A stretch of DNA of 64,000 nucleotides from a bacterium (GCA_043801585.1 JAZDLX010000200.1:4684-68683), one strand, 5' to 3'. Counted from the first letter of the stretch, positions 1-11,224 are shown. Program-made: numbers and translations. Notes: generated by a model not told the origin, from the sequence alone.

Positions 1-966
1 CACGCGAAGGTGGCGGGCCAGAAGGGAGGTGACGATATTGTCCTCGTCATCGTCAGTCAATGCGGCGAAGACATCCATGTCGATGATTCCTTCACGGGTG
101 ATCAGGTCGATGTCGCTCGCCTCGCCAACGACGATATCCGTGTTGTCCAGATCCTCCGCCGCGATGAGCCCTCTGTCGCGGTTTCTTTCGATCAACTTGA
201 CGTGAATGCCCTTGATGTTTTCCAGCTCTTTGGCAACCATCCTCCCGATTGGAGTGGCGCCATAGATCATGACACGGTGGGTTTCCCAATCCTGATGCCC
301 CGCAAGCGCGAAAGCATCCTGCAGGTGTTTGGTGTGACAGGAGATATAGATGTCGTCACCGACTTCGATGTGATCACTGCCGCGGGGGATGATCGTGCGA
401 TTATCACGGTTGACCGCAACGAGACGGAATGCGAATTTTCGCAGCTCCGTGATTTCCTGGAGTTTTTTCCCGGCAACGGGGGAGCGCTCAACCACTTTCA
501 GGCCGATAATCGCGATTTCATCCCTTGAAAAAGTGATCATCTCCTGAACCTGCGGATAACGGATCAGGCGAACGATTTCACGGGTCGCCTCCAGTTCCGG
601 GTGGATGATCAGGTCGATCCCCAGGTCCTCCGGTTTGAGGAAGCTGCCGCCCGTGGAGAAATCGCGGTTGCGGACTCGCGCGATCTTCGTTTTAACACCG
701 AACTGTTTGGCGATCATGCAGGTGAGGACGTTCACCTCGTCCACGGTGGTCACGGAGATCAGCATGTCCGCGTTTTCAATTCCTGCTTCCTTGAGGACGG
801 CCGGACTGGTCCCCGACCCCTCGATCGCGAGAACATCAAGAGTATTGGAGATATGCTGAATTCGTTCGGGATCGTGGTCAACAACGGTGATGTTGTGGTT
901 CTCCTGACTCAACAACCTCGCCAGATGGCCACCGACCTCTCCCGCACCGATGATCAGAATGTTCAA
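1..966 (-). CDS. trkA: Trk system K+ uptake protein TrkA (3' end outside window)
   Basis: Not in ORF track. Minus-strand translation from TTG at 966, overlapping the serS stop: MNILIIGAGEVGGHLARLLSQENHNITVVD...ADMLISVTTVDEVN...KIARVRN, with a second RCK motif MIYGATPIG; frame open to window edge. Confidence 0.93.
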   Translation of the reverse strand, partial: MNILIIGAGEVGGHLARLLSQENHNITVVDHDPERIQHISNTLDVLAIEGSGTSPAVLKEAGIENADMLISVTTVDEVNVLTCMIAKQFGVKTKIARVRNRDFSTGGSFLKPEDLGIDLIIHPELEATREIVRLIRYPQVQEMITFSRDEIAIIGLKVVERSPVAGKKLQEITELRKFAFRLVAVNRDNRTIIPRGSDHIEVGDDIYISCHTKHLQDAFALAGHQDWETHRVMIYGATPIGRMVAKELENIKGIHVKLIERNRDRGLIAAEDLDNTDIVVGEASDIDLITREGIIDMDVFAALTDDDEDNIVTSLLARHLRV

Positions 967-2246
967 AGCGAAACTCCGGTAATCTGATCGACAGCACCAA
1001 GATACGGCTGCAAGGGTTTTGGAACTCGAATCCGCCCCTCAGGTGTCTGAAAGGTTTCGAGCAACGCAACCATCAGCCTGCTCGTCGCCAACCCCGACCC
1101 GTTCAGAGTGTGTGGATATTCGGGTTTGCTCCCTTTCTCACGACGGAAGCGCAGATTCATCCGCCTTGACTGGAATTCACCATAGTTGCTCACACTACTG
1201 ACCTCGAGCCAAGCGTTCGAGCCGGGAGCCCAGATTTCGATGTCAAAGCATCTCGAAGCTCCAAAACTCAAATCTCCGGCGCAAAGGTCAACGATACGGT
1301 AGGGGATGGTCAGCCTGTTGAGGATCGCTTCGGCATGCGAAAGGATTTCCAACTGCGCTTTCTGACTGTTTTCGGGAGTGACGATCTGGACCAATTCGAC
1401 CTTGTTGAACTGGTGAACTCTCCGTAATCCGTGGGTATCCTGTCCGTGGGCGCCGGCCTCCCTGCGAAAACACGCCGTGAAGGAACAGTATTTCCTGGGC
1501 AGAACTTCCGGGTCAAGAATCTCGCCGGCGTGGAGGTTCGTGAGCGGTACTTCCGCCGTCGGGATCAGAAAAAAGTCTTCACTTTCGATACGATATAAAT
1601 CAGCCTCGAATTTGGGAAGCTGACCGGTGCCTGTGGCGGTTTCACGGTTGACGACCAGGGGAACGATGACTTCCGTGTATCCGTGCTCCCGTGTTTGAAC
1701 GTCGAGCATAAAGTTGATCAGAGCGCGTTCGAGGGCAGCACCAGCGCCGATATAAACCGGCCAGCCGGTTCCGGTCAGTTTTGCCCCGGCGGGCATATCG
1801 AGAATTCCAAGCCCTTCCGCCAGGTCGAGGTGATCCCTTAGAGCGAAGTCATAGTTGCGGATATCGCCTTCCTGCCTGACGACAACATTCTCTTCGGCGC
1901 TGACACCCGTTGGGGTGCCTGGGTCCGGTTCATTCGGCCACTCAAGAAGGATTTCAACAATCTGCTGGTGAAGTTCACGCTTATTATCGTCGATACTGAC
2001 TGCACGCTCGCGAATCCGGCGCGCTGCATCCATCTCTTGTGCGGCGTCCCGTCCAGCCTTCTTGGCATCACCGATCGCTTTGCTCGCCCGGTTCAGATCC
2101 GCCTTGAGACCGTCTGCCTCGCTGGTCAATTCACGCCACATCGAATCAAGTTTCAGAACGCCATCCACATCCGCGTCGAAACCTTTTCGAGCGAGTGAAG
2201 TGCGCACTTCTTCCGAGTGTTCCCGTATCCGCCGAATATCATGCAT
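963..2246 (-). CDS. serS: Seryl-tRNA synthetase
   Basis: Motifs GTGQLPKF, FLIPTAEVP, CFRREAG, HQFNKVE, EVSSVSN, HTLNGSGLA. Confidence 0.98.
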   Translation of the reverse strand: MHDIRRIREHSEEVRTSLARKGFDADVDGVLKLDSMWRELTSEADGLKADLNRASKAIGDAKKAGRDAAQEMDAARRIRERAVSIDDNKRELHQQIVEILLEWPNEPDPGTPTGVSAEENVVVRQEGDIRNYDFALRDHLDLAEGLGILDMPAGAKLTGTGWPVYIGAGAALERALINFMLDVQTREHGYTEVIVPLVVNRETATGTGQLPKFEADLYRIESEDFFLIPTAEVPLTNLHAGEILDPEVLPRKYCSFTACFRREAGAHGQDTHGLRRVHQFNKVELVQIVTPENSQKAQLEILSHAEAILNRLTIPYRIVDLCAGDLSFGASRCFDIEIWAPGSNAWLEVSSVSNYGEFQSRRMNLRFRREKGSKPEYPHTLNGSGLATSRLMVALLETFQTPEGRIRVPKPLQPYLGAVDQITGVSL

Positions 2247-2279
2247 CTTCTTGTTATCCTGGAATTTGTCAGCTTTCGT

Positions 2280-3683
2280 TCAGTGCCCTTTGGCAGTGAT
2301 CATCACCCACAATGTGTTCAAGAGAATTTTGATGTCGAGCGATATCGACATATTCTCAAGATAGAACAGATCGTACTGGAGTTTCTCGCGTACATCGTCA
2401 AGGCTGGTGTCGTACCCGCGCCGGATCTGCGCCCATCCTGTAATCCCCGGCTTCACATTCATCCGCCTGGAATAAAAAGGAATCTTCTTGCTGAATTCTT
2501 CCACGAAGATACGACGCTCTGGACGTGGTCCCACGAGGCTCATAACGCCGATAAGAACGTTGAGTATCTGTGGAAGTTCGTCGAGCCGTGTGCTTCTCAG
2601 GAAACGGCCGACACGTGTGACGCGGGGGTCGTCCGGAGTCGCCCAAACGGCGCCTGTTTCCCTTTCGGCGTCCATCCGCATTGTCCGGAATTTGACGAGG
2701 GTGAATTCCCTGCCCCGATAGCCGACACGTTTCTGCCGGTAGAGTGCAGGTCCCTTCGAATCGATCCGGATGGCAATCGCAATCAACATCATCAACGGAA
2801 GACCGACGGTGAGAAGAAGGATTGTAACGAACAGATCCAGCAGGCGCTTGAGAATTCTTCCAGTCGGCGTCATCAGTGAAGGGAATACCTCCAGCAGGGG
2901 AACGCCGTACAGCTCGCGTGTCTTTGCATAACCGACGAGAATCTGCATGAAATCCGGTTCGATCATCGTTGACAGGGCGTGACGGCTGGCAAGATCGATC
3001 ACTTCCAGAGCGCGCTCGCGGTCCTCGGTTTCGAGTGCGACCAATGCGTATTCGAGACAATCCGGATCGTCCTGGTGGTCAGCGGCGATCCTCTCGAACT
3101 CTTCCAGCGAAATACAGGGGACATCCACATCGAGATCCGGGTGGTTACCCTGGATACAGACGATATAGCGGACTTTATAACCGTATTCGGGACGACTGCT
3201 GACGTGACGGTAAAGATTCATCGCCCTCGGACCGCAACCAAAGATCACCGAACGAAACAGACCGATGCGACGAATGTAGAGGAGACGAATGAAGGTTCTG
3301 AAAAGGCTGTGACCTCCGGCGACGAAGACAAACAGAAGGATACCGTAGCTGAAGAGGACAATTCTTGTATTCGTCACGGGATGCCCCGGGTCCATACTGA
3401 TGAAGAAAAGAATGATGATCCCAATGACCACAGCCTTGAATACGCTCACCACCGCCTCAAACCGTGACGTACTGATGGTTCGCGAATAGATTCCCTGCAA
3501 CGCAAATAGAACAATCCAATAGACGCTCAACACCGCTGCGATAGGGAAGAACTGCGGTTGCAGCGGTTCACGAAACAACCCTGATGAGTACCTGAGCATG
3601 TAGATGAGATAGATGGCGAACTGCAGCATGATCAGGTCGATCAGCAGCAACGCGGGTGCGCGGTGACGGATCAGCCATTTCAT
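2280..3683 (-). CDS. Polyprenyl-phosphate sugar phosphotransferase (WcaJ/WbaP-like initiating enzyme)
   Basis: N-terminal TM helices; C-terminal [51 protein letters not shown]. Confidence 0.95.
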   Translation of the reverse strand: MKWLIRHRAPALLLIDLIMLQFAIYLIYMLRYSSGLFREPLQPQFFPIAAVLSVYWIVLFALQGIYSRTISTSRFEAVVSVFKAVVIGIIILFFISMDPGHPVTNTRIVLFSYGILLFVFVAGGHSLFRTFIRLLYIRRIGLFRSVIFGCGPRAMNLYRHVSSRPEYGYKVRYIVCIQGNHPDLDVDVPCISLEEFERIAADHQDDPDCLEYALVALETEDRERALEVIDLASRHALSTMIEPDFMQILVGYAKTRELYGVPLLEVFPSLMTPTGRILKRLLDLFVTILLLTVGLPLMMLIAIAIRIDSKGPALYRQKRVGYRGREFTLVKFRTMRMDAERETGAVWATPDDPRVTRVGRFLRSTRLDELPQILNVLIGVMSLVGPRPERRIFVEEFSKKIPFYSRRMNVKPGITGWAQIRRGYDTSLDDVREKLQYDLFYLENMSISLDIKILLNTLWVMITAKGH

Positions 3684-4828
3684 CTTGTGTGATTCCAGGT
3701 TGTCTGAGATCCGTACGCTATGGCTCGATAGACACCCTTGAATGCCGCACGGAGCATCAGGAAAATGTAATAAGCGTGCGAAAGGAGAGGAATTGGCTTT
3801 TCAGTACCCAATCCTCGTCCCAGAAGAGCAAAAAAGCCCGCGATCGACGATCCACCAAACAGGAAGAGGTCAGCCGTCCTGCCGCGGCCAATGAGAATTC
3901 GAAGCGTCGATCCCACCAGAACCATCCCGACCAGAAAAGGTGAAAGCCAACGCAGGACTTTGTGACTCCAAAGGAGACAGGCAAGCCGTCCGTGACGCAG
4001 GGGATTCAAAAGTTCGGGGTATTTAAACAGACTTGCGACACTTCTCCGGACGATGCGCTCTTTGCGTGCAAGTTCAGCTTTGAATTCCTCCTCGGCCGTC
4101 TCCCATGCAACAGCGTCAACGACGTAAACAGTGCGGAAGCCCTTCGCCGCGATAAGCAGAGGTTCCATCAGATCGCTGATGACATCGGAGGGCAGAGGGA
4201 TGTAATGCTCTCGGCGGAGGGCATAGATGGAACCGTTCGCACCGATCAGTCCGCCAGTCGCCGATTCAGCACGTTTCAGAACGGTCTCGAAAATGTTCCA
4301 GTAAGCCGATTCTGTAGCTTCCGAGGCTCGGCCGTTGTTTCTGTAACGGTGGCGGCCGCTGACAGCACCGATGGTGTCATCCGCAAACGGCGCCACCAGC
4401 CGGACAAGCGCATCCACCTCGAACAAGGTGTTGGCATCTGTGAAAGCAAGAATTTCCGCCTGAGAATCGTCAACACCGCGGTTCTGCGCTTCCGTTTTGC
4501 CGATCTCACCATATTCATAGACCCGGACGCCCCGATCCTCGTAGCGTCGTCCAATCTCGACGGTGCCGTCTGTACAGCCATTGGCCAGGACAGTCACCTG
4601 CAGACGGTCCCGGGGATACCGCAGCTGCAAGCTGTTCTCGATCTTTTTAGCAATAGCGGCCTGTTCATTGCGAGCAGAGATGAACAATTCCATGCTCGGC
4701 AGGTCTGCATCATTCGGAATTTTCCACTCCGCCTCGCGCTTCCTCGCGGCGACAACCAGCAAAATCACAGGGAAGAGGACCAGAGAGTAAAGAAGGAGCA
4801 GAATACTTGTGATCAGAATAGCAGCCAC
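3680..4828 (-). CDS. Glycosyltransferase family 2
   Basis: ISARNE, GCTDGT, GKTEAQN, FTDAN, GANGSIYALRR; flanking TM helices. Confidence 0.92.
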   Translation of the reverse strand: MAAILITSILLLLYSLVLFPVILLVVAARKREAEWKIPNDADLPSMELFISARNEQAAIAKKIENSLQLRYPRDRLQVTVLANGCTDGTVEIGRRYEDRGVRVYEYGEIGKTEAQNRGVDDSQAEILAFTDANTLFEVDALVRLVAPFADDTIGAVSGRHRYRNNGRASEATESAYWNIFETVLKRAESATGGLIGANGSIYALRREHYIPLPSDVISDLMEPLLIAAKGFRTVYVVDAVAWETAEEEFKAELARKERIVRRSVASLFKYPELLNPLRHGRLACLLWSHKVLRWLSPFLVGMVLVGSTLRILIGRGRTADLFLFGGSSIAGFFALLGRGLGTEKPIPLLSHAYYIFLMLRAAFKGVYRAIAYGSQTTWNHTR

Positions 4829-5089
4829 GTTCTACCCCCGCTTACCAGGCAGAAACCCTGAAGACGCTTCCATTAATGCATCCTTTTTCATAGGAAAGTC
4901 ATCCAATAGCCATCCACAGAGTGCACAGCCGCCGAGAAGGAAACTGGTAAATCATCCACACTGATCTGCCACCTTTGAAAGAGAGTATGAATACGATAAA
5001 TGATAAATGTGGAAACATTACAATAAATATTAAACCAGTTCTATGAATAAGCATGATTTCATACTCTGTTGAAATAAGATTAAAGAATA

Positions 5090-6556
5090 TTATATCCTTT
5101 TCCATCCCTTAGCATCACAATTATAAACACCATTAAGGCGATTATATTTGATAATATATCGTTCATAAAGTATAACAGTCATTGCCAGGATTATCATCCA
5201 AATGTACACATGAGCAAAGTACAACAATGAGACTTCTGTCAAACCTGAGAAGATAATACCAGCTATTGCAGTAAACAAAGCTGCTCCTATTATTCGTAAC
5301 TCAACATATTCAGCTTTTCTATATATCTGATATGAACGATATAAGCCAACAAAATATATTGCCAATAGTAGTGCTAATTGAATTACACCACCTTTAAATA
5401 AAGCGATGATGAAGCTGTTATCGATGAATCTATAAGAATATCCAGAGCCGGCCGATCGAATTTCAGAGCCACCACCCATGCCGAAAATGAAATTTCCTTG
5501 CATGATCTTCATCGCCCGATTTGTATCAAAAACTCTCATCATGAGCGAATAATCTTTTAGACTGCGAACTCCTTGCCAGCGATCCAGAATAATGTTAAGA
5601 TCCACATTCAATAACTGAGCTCCAATATAGATCAAACCGAATAGAAAAAGAAAATATAAAGCATACAATGAAATGGCAGAAATGATACTCTTAATGCTCA
5701 CACCATATCTGATAACATAAAGCAGATAAAATAGCATAAATAAAAATACTAACTCCACCCAAAGCATTCTTTTTTGTGATATAATAATCAATACTACTTG
5801 GAGAAAACCAAAAACAAATAATAACAGACGCCAAAGAATATTTTTCTTTATGTGAAATAAGCCAAGAGTCAGCGGTAAGCTAACGATTGCAATATAAGCA
5901 TGATTAGTTATTGGTCTATAGATCAATAAATCTAAAATGTTAGTAAACTTACTAACAACAAGATATGCATATTCAATAGATACAAAACATGATAATAATA
6001 TAACATAAAAAATCCAACTCAATATATTTTTATCTGAAAGTGTATAATACCATATATAAAATCCTAATAACATGAATAACTGGCTAAATTCTGTCAATAT
6101 ATATGCTGGATTATTACCAAATGCTAATCCCCGTATGATTTGAAAAATGCCGTAATATACATAAGTAATGATTAGAATATTCATTGTATTTTCTTGAATA
6201 AAAGAACTAATATGTCTTTTCTTATTAAATGAAGCGTTATAATATACTACTAAAAGGCAAAATATTATAATGATGAATATTAAGCTGTCATAAAAATAAA
6301 ACGGGAACACTCCAAATGATTCACCCCAATGGCGTGAAGGAAATATTGCTGCGTACACTAAAAACAGAACTGGTAAAAACCAGTACTGCCACAAAAACTT
6401 AATGGCGATGAACATCGCGCCTAGGAAGAGGATCCCATAAACCACATTATATTTTATTGACACAATCACAACAAGAGGAAGAAGCAACCACAACGTGGCT
6501 TCCATATAATTGCGAAATCCGAAAGGTTTCTTTGCCTGGTGGACGATTGTGCTCAT
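5090..6556 (-). CDS. O-antigen polymerase/ligase family membrane protein (Wzy/WaaL-like), very AT-rich
   Basis: About 12 hydrophobic segments; SQKR, R...FGMGGG...DNSFIIALFKGG motif region typical of Wzy_C; lies between wzz and the GT. Confidence 0.82.
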   Translation of the reverse strand: MSTIVHQAKKPFGFRNYMEATLWLLLPLVVIVSIKYNVVYGILFLGAMFIAIKFLWQYWFLPVLFLVYAAIFPSRHWGESFGVFPFYFYDSLIFIIIIFCLLVVYYNASFNKKRHISSFIQENTMNILIITYVYYGIFQIIRGLAFGNNPAYILTEFSQLFMLLGFYIWYYTLSDKNILSWIFYVILLSCFVSIEYAYLVVSKFTNILDLLIYRPITNHAYIAIVSLPLTLGLFHIKKNILWRLLLFVFGFLQVVLIIISQKRMLWVELVFLFMLFYLLYVIRYGVSIKSIISAISLYALYFLFLFGLIYIGAQLLNVDLNIILDRWQGVRSLKDYSLMMRVFDTNRAMKIMQGNFIFGMGGGSEIRSAGSGYSYRFIDNSFIIALFKGGVIQLALLLAIYFVGLYRSYQIYRKAEYVELRIIGAALFTAIAGIIFSGLTEVSLLYFAHVYIWMIILAMTVILYERYIIKYNRLNGVYNCDAKGWKRI

Positions 6557-6565
6557 TTGAAAAAC

Positions 6566-7801
6566 TCAAGAAAATTCATCGAATGAATCTTTGCGGAAAA
6601 AGTTTTTGATTTTCAGATAATGAAGCACATACCTGACCTGATTATATTTCTCATGATTACCTTTTTCGAGGTGATTTACCCATTCGACGAAAGACACGGC
6701 TGTGTAAACAATTATAAATCCTAACATGACTCCTGCTATAACGACAAACGCGCGTTTCGGTCTGATACGTTTATCAGGCACCTGCCCCCAGTCAAGAACA
6801 TAGACATTGCTGTTTTCACGAAGTTCTGAAATTCGCGCTTGTTCGAATTGCGGCAGAAGAAACTGGAGAATTATGGATTGCAATTCGAGTTCACGCTCCA
6901 TGTGGTAATAGCGTACACCAATTTCAGGGGCGACATCCAGTGTAAGAATGTAGTTTGTCGCGTCATTATCACTCTTCTTCGTAATTCGTTCGAGTTCGCC
7001 GCGATATGCCTTCACTCGCTCGCGAAGAAGCGAGATATCCGTCGAATTTTGCGGAAGTGTCTGTTCCATTACTTTTAAATTAACTTCGGAGAGAACGAGA
7101 CTTTTGTATATCTCCGCGGCGGATTCAACGGATGCTCTCACCTGTTCCTCAACGGAAACGACCCCTGTTGTTTTCTGAAAGGCGATAAATTCGTCCTCGA
7201 GCTTATGAATATCGTCATACGTTTCATCTACACGTTTGCCAATGTATTCACGCTGGTTCTTTGCTTGTGAACGGATGACTATGACATAGTGATCCTGCAT
7301 CCACTGCACAATGAAATTTACCGTATTTGCTGCATACTCTGGTGTTTTTTCATCGACAGTAATCTTGAGGCTACCTTCCTCGGTGAATTGCCAGCGGATC
7401 AGCTTTTCATAAAGTAAGTAAGCCGCTTGTCGAGATTTTAGTTTGTATCTCTTGGACCAATCGAAATTGTCAATGACGGCATCCCGCAGGTTCCTGCTTT
7501 CCAGAATAGCCATCGCCAGATAAGATTCATTCCCGACAAATCCGGAAAGGCCAATCGCTCCCATCCCGAAACCTGGCAATAAGGAACTCAATCCCATTTG
7601 ATCCGCAGGGGGTGGTAGAACCGTAGCATTGCTTCTGAACCACTGCTGTGCCAGGAGTGCGTAGACAACAGAGGCAACGGCAAACAGGCCGAGAAGGACG
7701 ATAAAGGTCCGTCTCCAACGGATAATACGTGCAAGGTGATCCCAGAGTGTGACTCTGTAGTCTTCCGACTCACGCGGCTGCATCTTTAACTCCGAGTACA
7801 A
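6566..7801 (-). CDS. Polysaccharide chain-length determinant / co-polymerase (Wzz/GumC-like)
   Basis: Two TM helices around a coiled coil; C-terminal VLDWGQVPDKRIRPKR. Start may be the ATG at 7783. Confidence 0.88.
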   Translation of the reverse strand: MYSELKMQPRESEDYRVTLWDHLARIIRWRRTFIVLLGLFAVASVVYALLAQQWFRSNATVLPPPADQMGLSSLLPGFGMGAIGLSGFVGNESYLAMAILESRNLRDAVIDNFDWSKRYKLKSRQAAYLLYEKLIRWQFTEEGSLKITVDEKTPEYAANTVNFIVQWMQDHYVIVIRSQAKNQREYIGKRVDETYDDIHKLEDEFIAFQKTTGVVSVEEQVRASVESAAEIYKSLVLSEVNLKVMEQTLPQNSTDISLLRERVKAYRGELERITKKSDNDATNYILTLDVAPEIGVRYYHMERELELQSIILQFLLPQFEQARISELRENSNVYVLDWGQVPDKRIRPKRAFVVIAGVMLGFIIVYTAVSFVEWVNHLEKGNHEKYNQVRYVLHYLKIKNFFRKDSFDEFS

Positions 7802-7843
7802 TGAATTACCGTTTCTGCGAACCTATCTTTCATCCAGCTTGCA

Positions 7844-7872
7844 AAGGTAAACCTTGCCCCTGCTGGACGCAA
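7844..7872 (-). promoter_or_regulatory. Putative housekeeping promoter for wzz operon
   Basis: TTGCGT-17 bp-TACCTT(TG) on minus strand. Confidence 0.55.
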
Positions 7873-7960
7873 GGTATACTTTCGGTGCTATTGTTTGTAT
7901 TGTACTGTTTAGGTCATTGATATTATTGCGTATCAACAAGGTATTTGAACGGATACATCG

Positions 7961-9478
7961 GTGAGCAAGACGAGAAAACAAATCCCACATGTGAGCACGC
8001 TCGCCAAGGGAATCGCGTTCCTTTCAGGAGGCACGATTCTTTCGTTTCTTCTCTCTTTCCTTGCTGCCCCGATCACTTCGCGGTTGTTCCCCCCAGAGGC
8101 GTTTGGCTTGGCAGCACTCTTCGCCTCCTTTGGCACGATTTTCGGTCCGATAGCCGGGCTAAGGTATGACAAAGCCATCCTTTTGCCAAAGGAGGATAGG
8201 GATGCTTCTCAGCTCTTCGTTCTCTCGTTGCTATGGATGGCGATTATTACCGTGTTGTTGTTTTTCGGTGTGTATCAATGGGGTCCGGCGATCCTCCTAA
8301 AACTCGGGGCTTCGGCGCTGATTCCCGTGCTGTGGTGGATCCCTGTCAGCGTCGCACTGTTCGCTCTGGCGCTACCGATTCAAGCGTGGTTGACGAGGGG
8401 TGAAAATTATCGTGTCCTGGCTGAACAACGCATCTGGAAACAGGGAGGAGCATCTGCCTTTGCCATCACCGGAGGCGCAACAGGTTATCAAAGCGGAATG
8501 CACCTTGCAGGGTTTCGTCTTTTAGGTCAAATCTTTGGACCTCTGCGGATGATTCACTTCATGATCCGCCGCAGCCATATGCTTCCGGGTGGAATTACTG
8601 TCACCGGCATTTTCCAGCAGATGAAGCGCTACTGGAAATTTCCAGCTTTCTCTGTGAGTGATTCATTATTAGAAGCCACTGGACGTGAAGCCCCGGTAAT
8701 TCTGCTCGCATTCTTTTTCGACCCAGCGATTGTCGGTTATTTTTCGCGCGCTGCGATGCTTGTGGGGGTACCGTTTGCGGTGTTGGGAATGGCTTTGGAG
8801 CAGGTATTCTATCAGCAGACGAGCTCACTGCACGCGAACGGGCAAAGCATAAAAGAACTGACGGAACGTCTGTATAGAAGTGTCATTCGTTACACGTTCC
8901 TGCCATTTGCACTATTGTGTCTACTCGGCCCAGAACTTTTTCAATTTTTCCTGGGATCGCCCTGGCGTGAAGCAGGAGTATTTGCCGCACTTCTGGCCCC
9001 GTTCATTTTTTTCAAACTCGTCGTCATTCCTCTTGGTACTCTTTACAATGTCCTGGAACGACAGGGTGTGGGATTGACCTTCAACCTGGCGCTCTTCCTG
9101 GTGCAGATTGGCGCATTGGTTGCGGGAGGAGTAATGGGAAATTCCCGGACAGCCTTGATGATCTATACGTTTGGCAGCATTGTAGTGCTGACGTTGCTGG
9201 GTGCCTGGTCGCTTCGAGCGGCAAATGTACCCCTGTTGCGGTCGTTCTGGCTGCTCCTGAAGACTTCGATAGTAAGTGGATTGTTCCTCGTGCCTGCGGG
9301 AATGGCGAAAGTAGTGCTGAATCTCTCATTCGGTTGGGTTCTGCTCGTTGCAACGATCAGCGTCGTGGTTTACTTCGCACTTCATATCACCCATGACCCA
9401 GAAACCATGAACCTTCTCGATCGAATTCGTTCTCAACTGGGATCCAAATGGAGTGACAGTATGGGCGATCATGATTAG
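7961..9478 (+). CDS. Polysaccharide flippase (Wzx/MOP family)
   Basis: Multi-TM; RLFPPEAFG, LRYDKAILLPK, YWKFP, VGYFS, QVFYQ, WREAG motifs. Confidence 0.9.
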   Translation: MSKTRKQIPHVSTLAKGIAFLSGGTILSFLLSFLAAPITSRLFPPEAFGLAALFASFGTIFGPIAGLRYDKAILLPKEDRDASQLFVLSLLWMAIITVLLFFGVYQWGPAILLKLGASALIPVLWWIPVSVALFALALPIQAWLTRGENYRVLAEQRIWKQGGASAFAITGGATGYQSGMHLAGFRLLGQIFGPLRMIHFMIRRSHMLPGGITVTGIFQQMKRYWKFPAFSVSDSLLEATGREAPVILLAFFFDPAIVGYFSRAAMLVGVPFAVLGMALEQVFYQQTSSLHANGQSIKELTERLYRSVIRYTFLPFALLCLLGPELFQFFLGSPWREAGVFAALLAPFIFFKLVVIPLGTLYNVLERQGVGLTFNLALFLVQIGALVAGGVMGNSRTALMIYTFGSIVVLTLLGAWSLRAANVPLLRSFWLLLKTSIVSGLFLVPAGMAKVVLNLSFGWVLLVATISVVVYFALHITHDPETMNLLDRIRSQLGSKWSDSMGDHD

Positions 9479-11163
9479 CTCTCAACGCTCGTCTTCGGCG
9501 TTTCCGTTCCAGACCTTTTGAACCATCGCGGGAGGATCACCAGTACCGTAGCTCCGAGAATCAGGCCGATCCACGGGGAAATACCCAATCCAGCGGGCAA
9601 ATAACCGCAGAAAAGGGCGACACCCGCCGATAGCAGTGCATAGGGTATTTGTGTGTTCACGTGCTGGATATGGTGGCAGCCGCTCGCCATGGATGAAAGA
9701 ATGGTCGTATCGCTGATCGGACTGCAGTGATCGCCGAACGTCGAACCCGCCAACACGGCTCCAACACTACCCAGCAGAACCCCATTGACCACCGCTGCGC
9801 TGCTTCCAGCTTCCAAAGGCAGTTGATGAGCCAGCGGAATCGCTATCGGGATCAGGATGGCCATCGCGCCCCAGGACGTTCCAGTCGAAAACGCTGTGGC
9901 GCTGGCAATCACAAAGAGTGCGGCGGGAAGGAGGGTGGGGCTGAGAATTCCGGACGTCGAATCGATGACAAACCGAGCGGTTCCCAGCCTGCCCGAGATA
10001 TCCCCCAATGACCATGCAAGCAGCAGGATCACCATGGCGGGAACCATGGAACGGATCCCGTCGATCAGCCCCTGAGACACTTCTCCCACCTTCACGCGTC
10101 CGATTGTAGCGGCGATGATCGCCGCCGACAGCATGCCGAGAAACGATGATCCGAGGAGAACCGCGGATGAATCCGCCATGCCGAGGATCTCGAAAAGAGG
10201 AGCAGCGTGACCGACGGCTGATCGTCCTGAGATGTAAAGCCCTGTAAAGGTCGCAACAATCACCAGTACAATCGGAATCAATGCGATCGCCAGCGCATTC
10301 AATCCCGACTGTATCCGCTCTTCAGCATCCGTCGTGACATCGTGCTGTTTGCTGGGATCCTTACCGGCAACCGTTGCGCGTTCCACCGCAAGCATCGGAC
10401 CGAAGTCACGTTGCCAGAATGCCACAGACGCGACGAGAATCAGGGTAAAGATGCTGTAGGCGCGGTAGGGAATTGCCTGAAGGAAAAGGGCGTAGGCGTC
10501 CCCGATTCCCGCAAGCCCCGCGGAAGCATCCCGGATTAAACCGACCTCGAAACCAATCCACGTGCTGATCACTGCGATGGAAGCGACAGGCGCCGCCGTG
10601 GAGTCAACGATATAGGCGAGTTTCGCTCGAGAAATGCGAAGGCGATCCGTATAAGGGCGCAGTGTATTGCCGACGAGCAGGGTGTTTGCGTAATCATCAA
10701 AAAAGATGATCAGCCCCATGATCCAGGCGATAAAGAGCCCGCCACGCCGCGAGTTCGACAGCGCACCGAGAGCGCGTACAATCCCCGCCATGGCGCCCGA
10801 CCGGGCGAGGATGCCGACCATCCCGCCGAGCATCAGACTGAAGAGCACGACGGCGGAGTGCGAGGGATCGGAAAGAGCGTTCTGCAGGTAATCCGTCGCG
10901 ATTCGAACGAAAGCTTTCCCCGGCTCGCTGGGTGTCAGCAGCAGACTGCCGAAAAACACGCCGAGGAGTAGCGAACCGATTACTTCTTTCAGGATCAGCG
11001 CCAATCCAATGGCGACGAGGGGCGGCAGGATGGAGGTCCAGTGAGCGTGGGGGAGCGGAGCCACGCCTTCCGCGTAGGCGATGGCCACCATTCCGAGGAA
11101 CACGAATGCAGCGATTCCGATACGAGCGAAGCTGCGCGGTTTGGATGGGTTTCGGATGATCAT
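9475..11163 (-). CDS. NhaC family Na+/H+ antiporter
   Basis: SILPPLVAI, FFDDYAN, KLAYIVDSTAAP, FSTGTSWG, GDHCSPISDTT, HVNTQIPYA. Confidence 0.92.
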   Translation of the reverse strand: MIIRNPSKPRSFARIGIAAFVFLGMVAIAYAEGVAPLPHAHWTSILPPLVAIGLALILKEVIGSLLLGVFFGSLLLTPSEPGKAFVRIATDYLQNALSDPSHSAVVLFSLMLGGMVGILARSGAMAGIVRALGALSNSRRGGLFIAWIMGLIIFFDDYANTLLVGNTLRPYTDRLRISRAKLAYIVDSTAAPVASIAVISTWIGFEVGLIRDASAGLAGIGDAYALFLQAIPYRAYSIFTLILVASVAFWQRDFGPMLAVERATVAGKDPSKQHDVTTDAEERIQSGLNALAIALIPIVLVIVATFTGLYISGRSAVGHAAPLFEILGMADSSAVLLGSSFLGMLSAAIIAATIGRVKVGEVSQGLIDGIRSMVPAMVILLLAWSLGDISGRLGTARFVIDSTSGILSPTLLPAALFVIASATAFSTGTSWGAMAILIPIAIPLAHQLPLEAGSSAAVVNGVLLGSVGAVLAGSTFGDHCSPISDTTILSSMASGCHHIQHVNTQIPYALLSAGVALFCGYLPAGLGISPWIGLILGATVLVILPRWFKRSGTETPKTSVES

Positions 11164-11175
11164 AAATCGCAGGGA

Positions 11176-11204
11176 AACTTAGGCGTTGAGTTCCGAAGAG
11201 GCAA
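11176..11204 (-). promoter_or_regulatory. Putative promoter for NhaC gene
   Basis: TTGCCT-17 bp-TAAGTT. Confidence 0.5.
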
Positions 11205-11224
11205 GCGTTACCGGACAAGTATCG

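Noticed and set aside
10-987. Plus-strand ORFs 10-528 and 601-987, and other long antisense ORFs (33035-34174, 27377-28354, 35305-36297, 56983-57990)
   Set aside because: Shadow frames opposite real genes (trkA, rny, argF, lyase, RND), expected at this GC content and codon bias.
4899-5105. 68-aa hydrophobic ORF after wzy
   Set aside because: No recognisable motif; hydrophobicity follows from AT-rich codons, and it straddles a compositional boundary.
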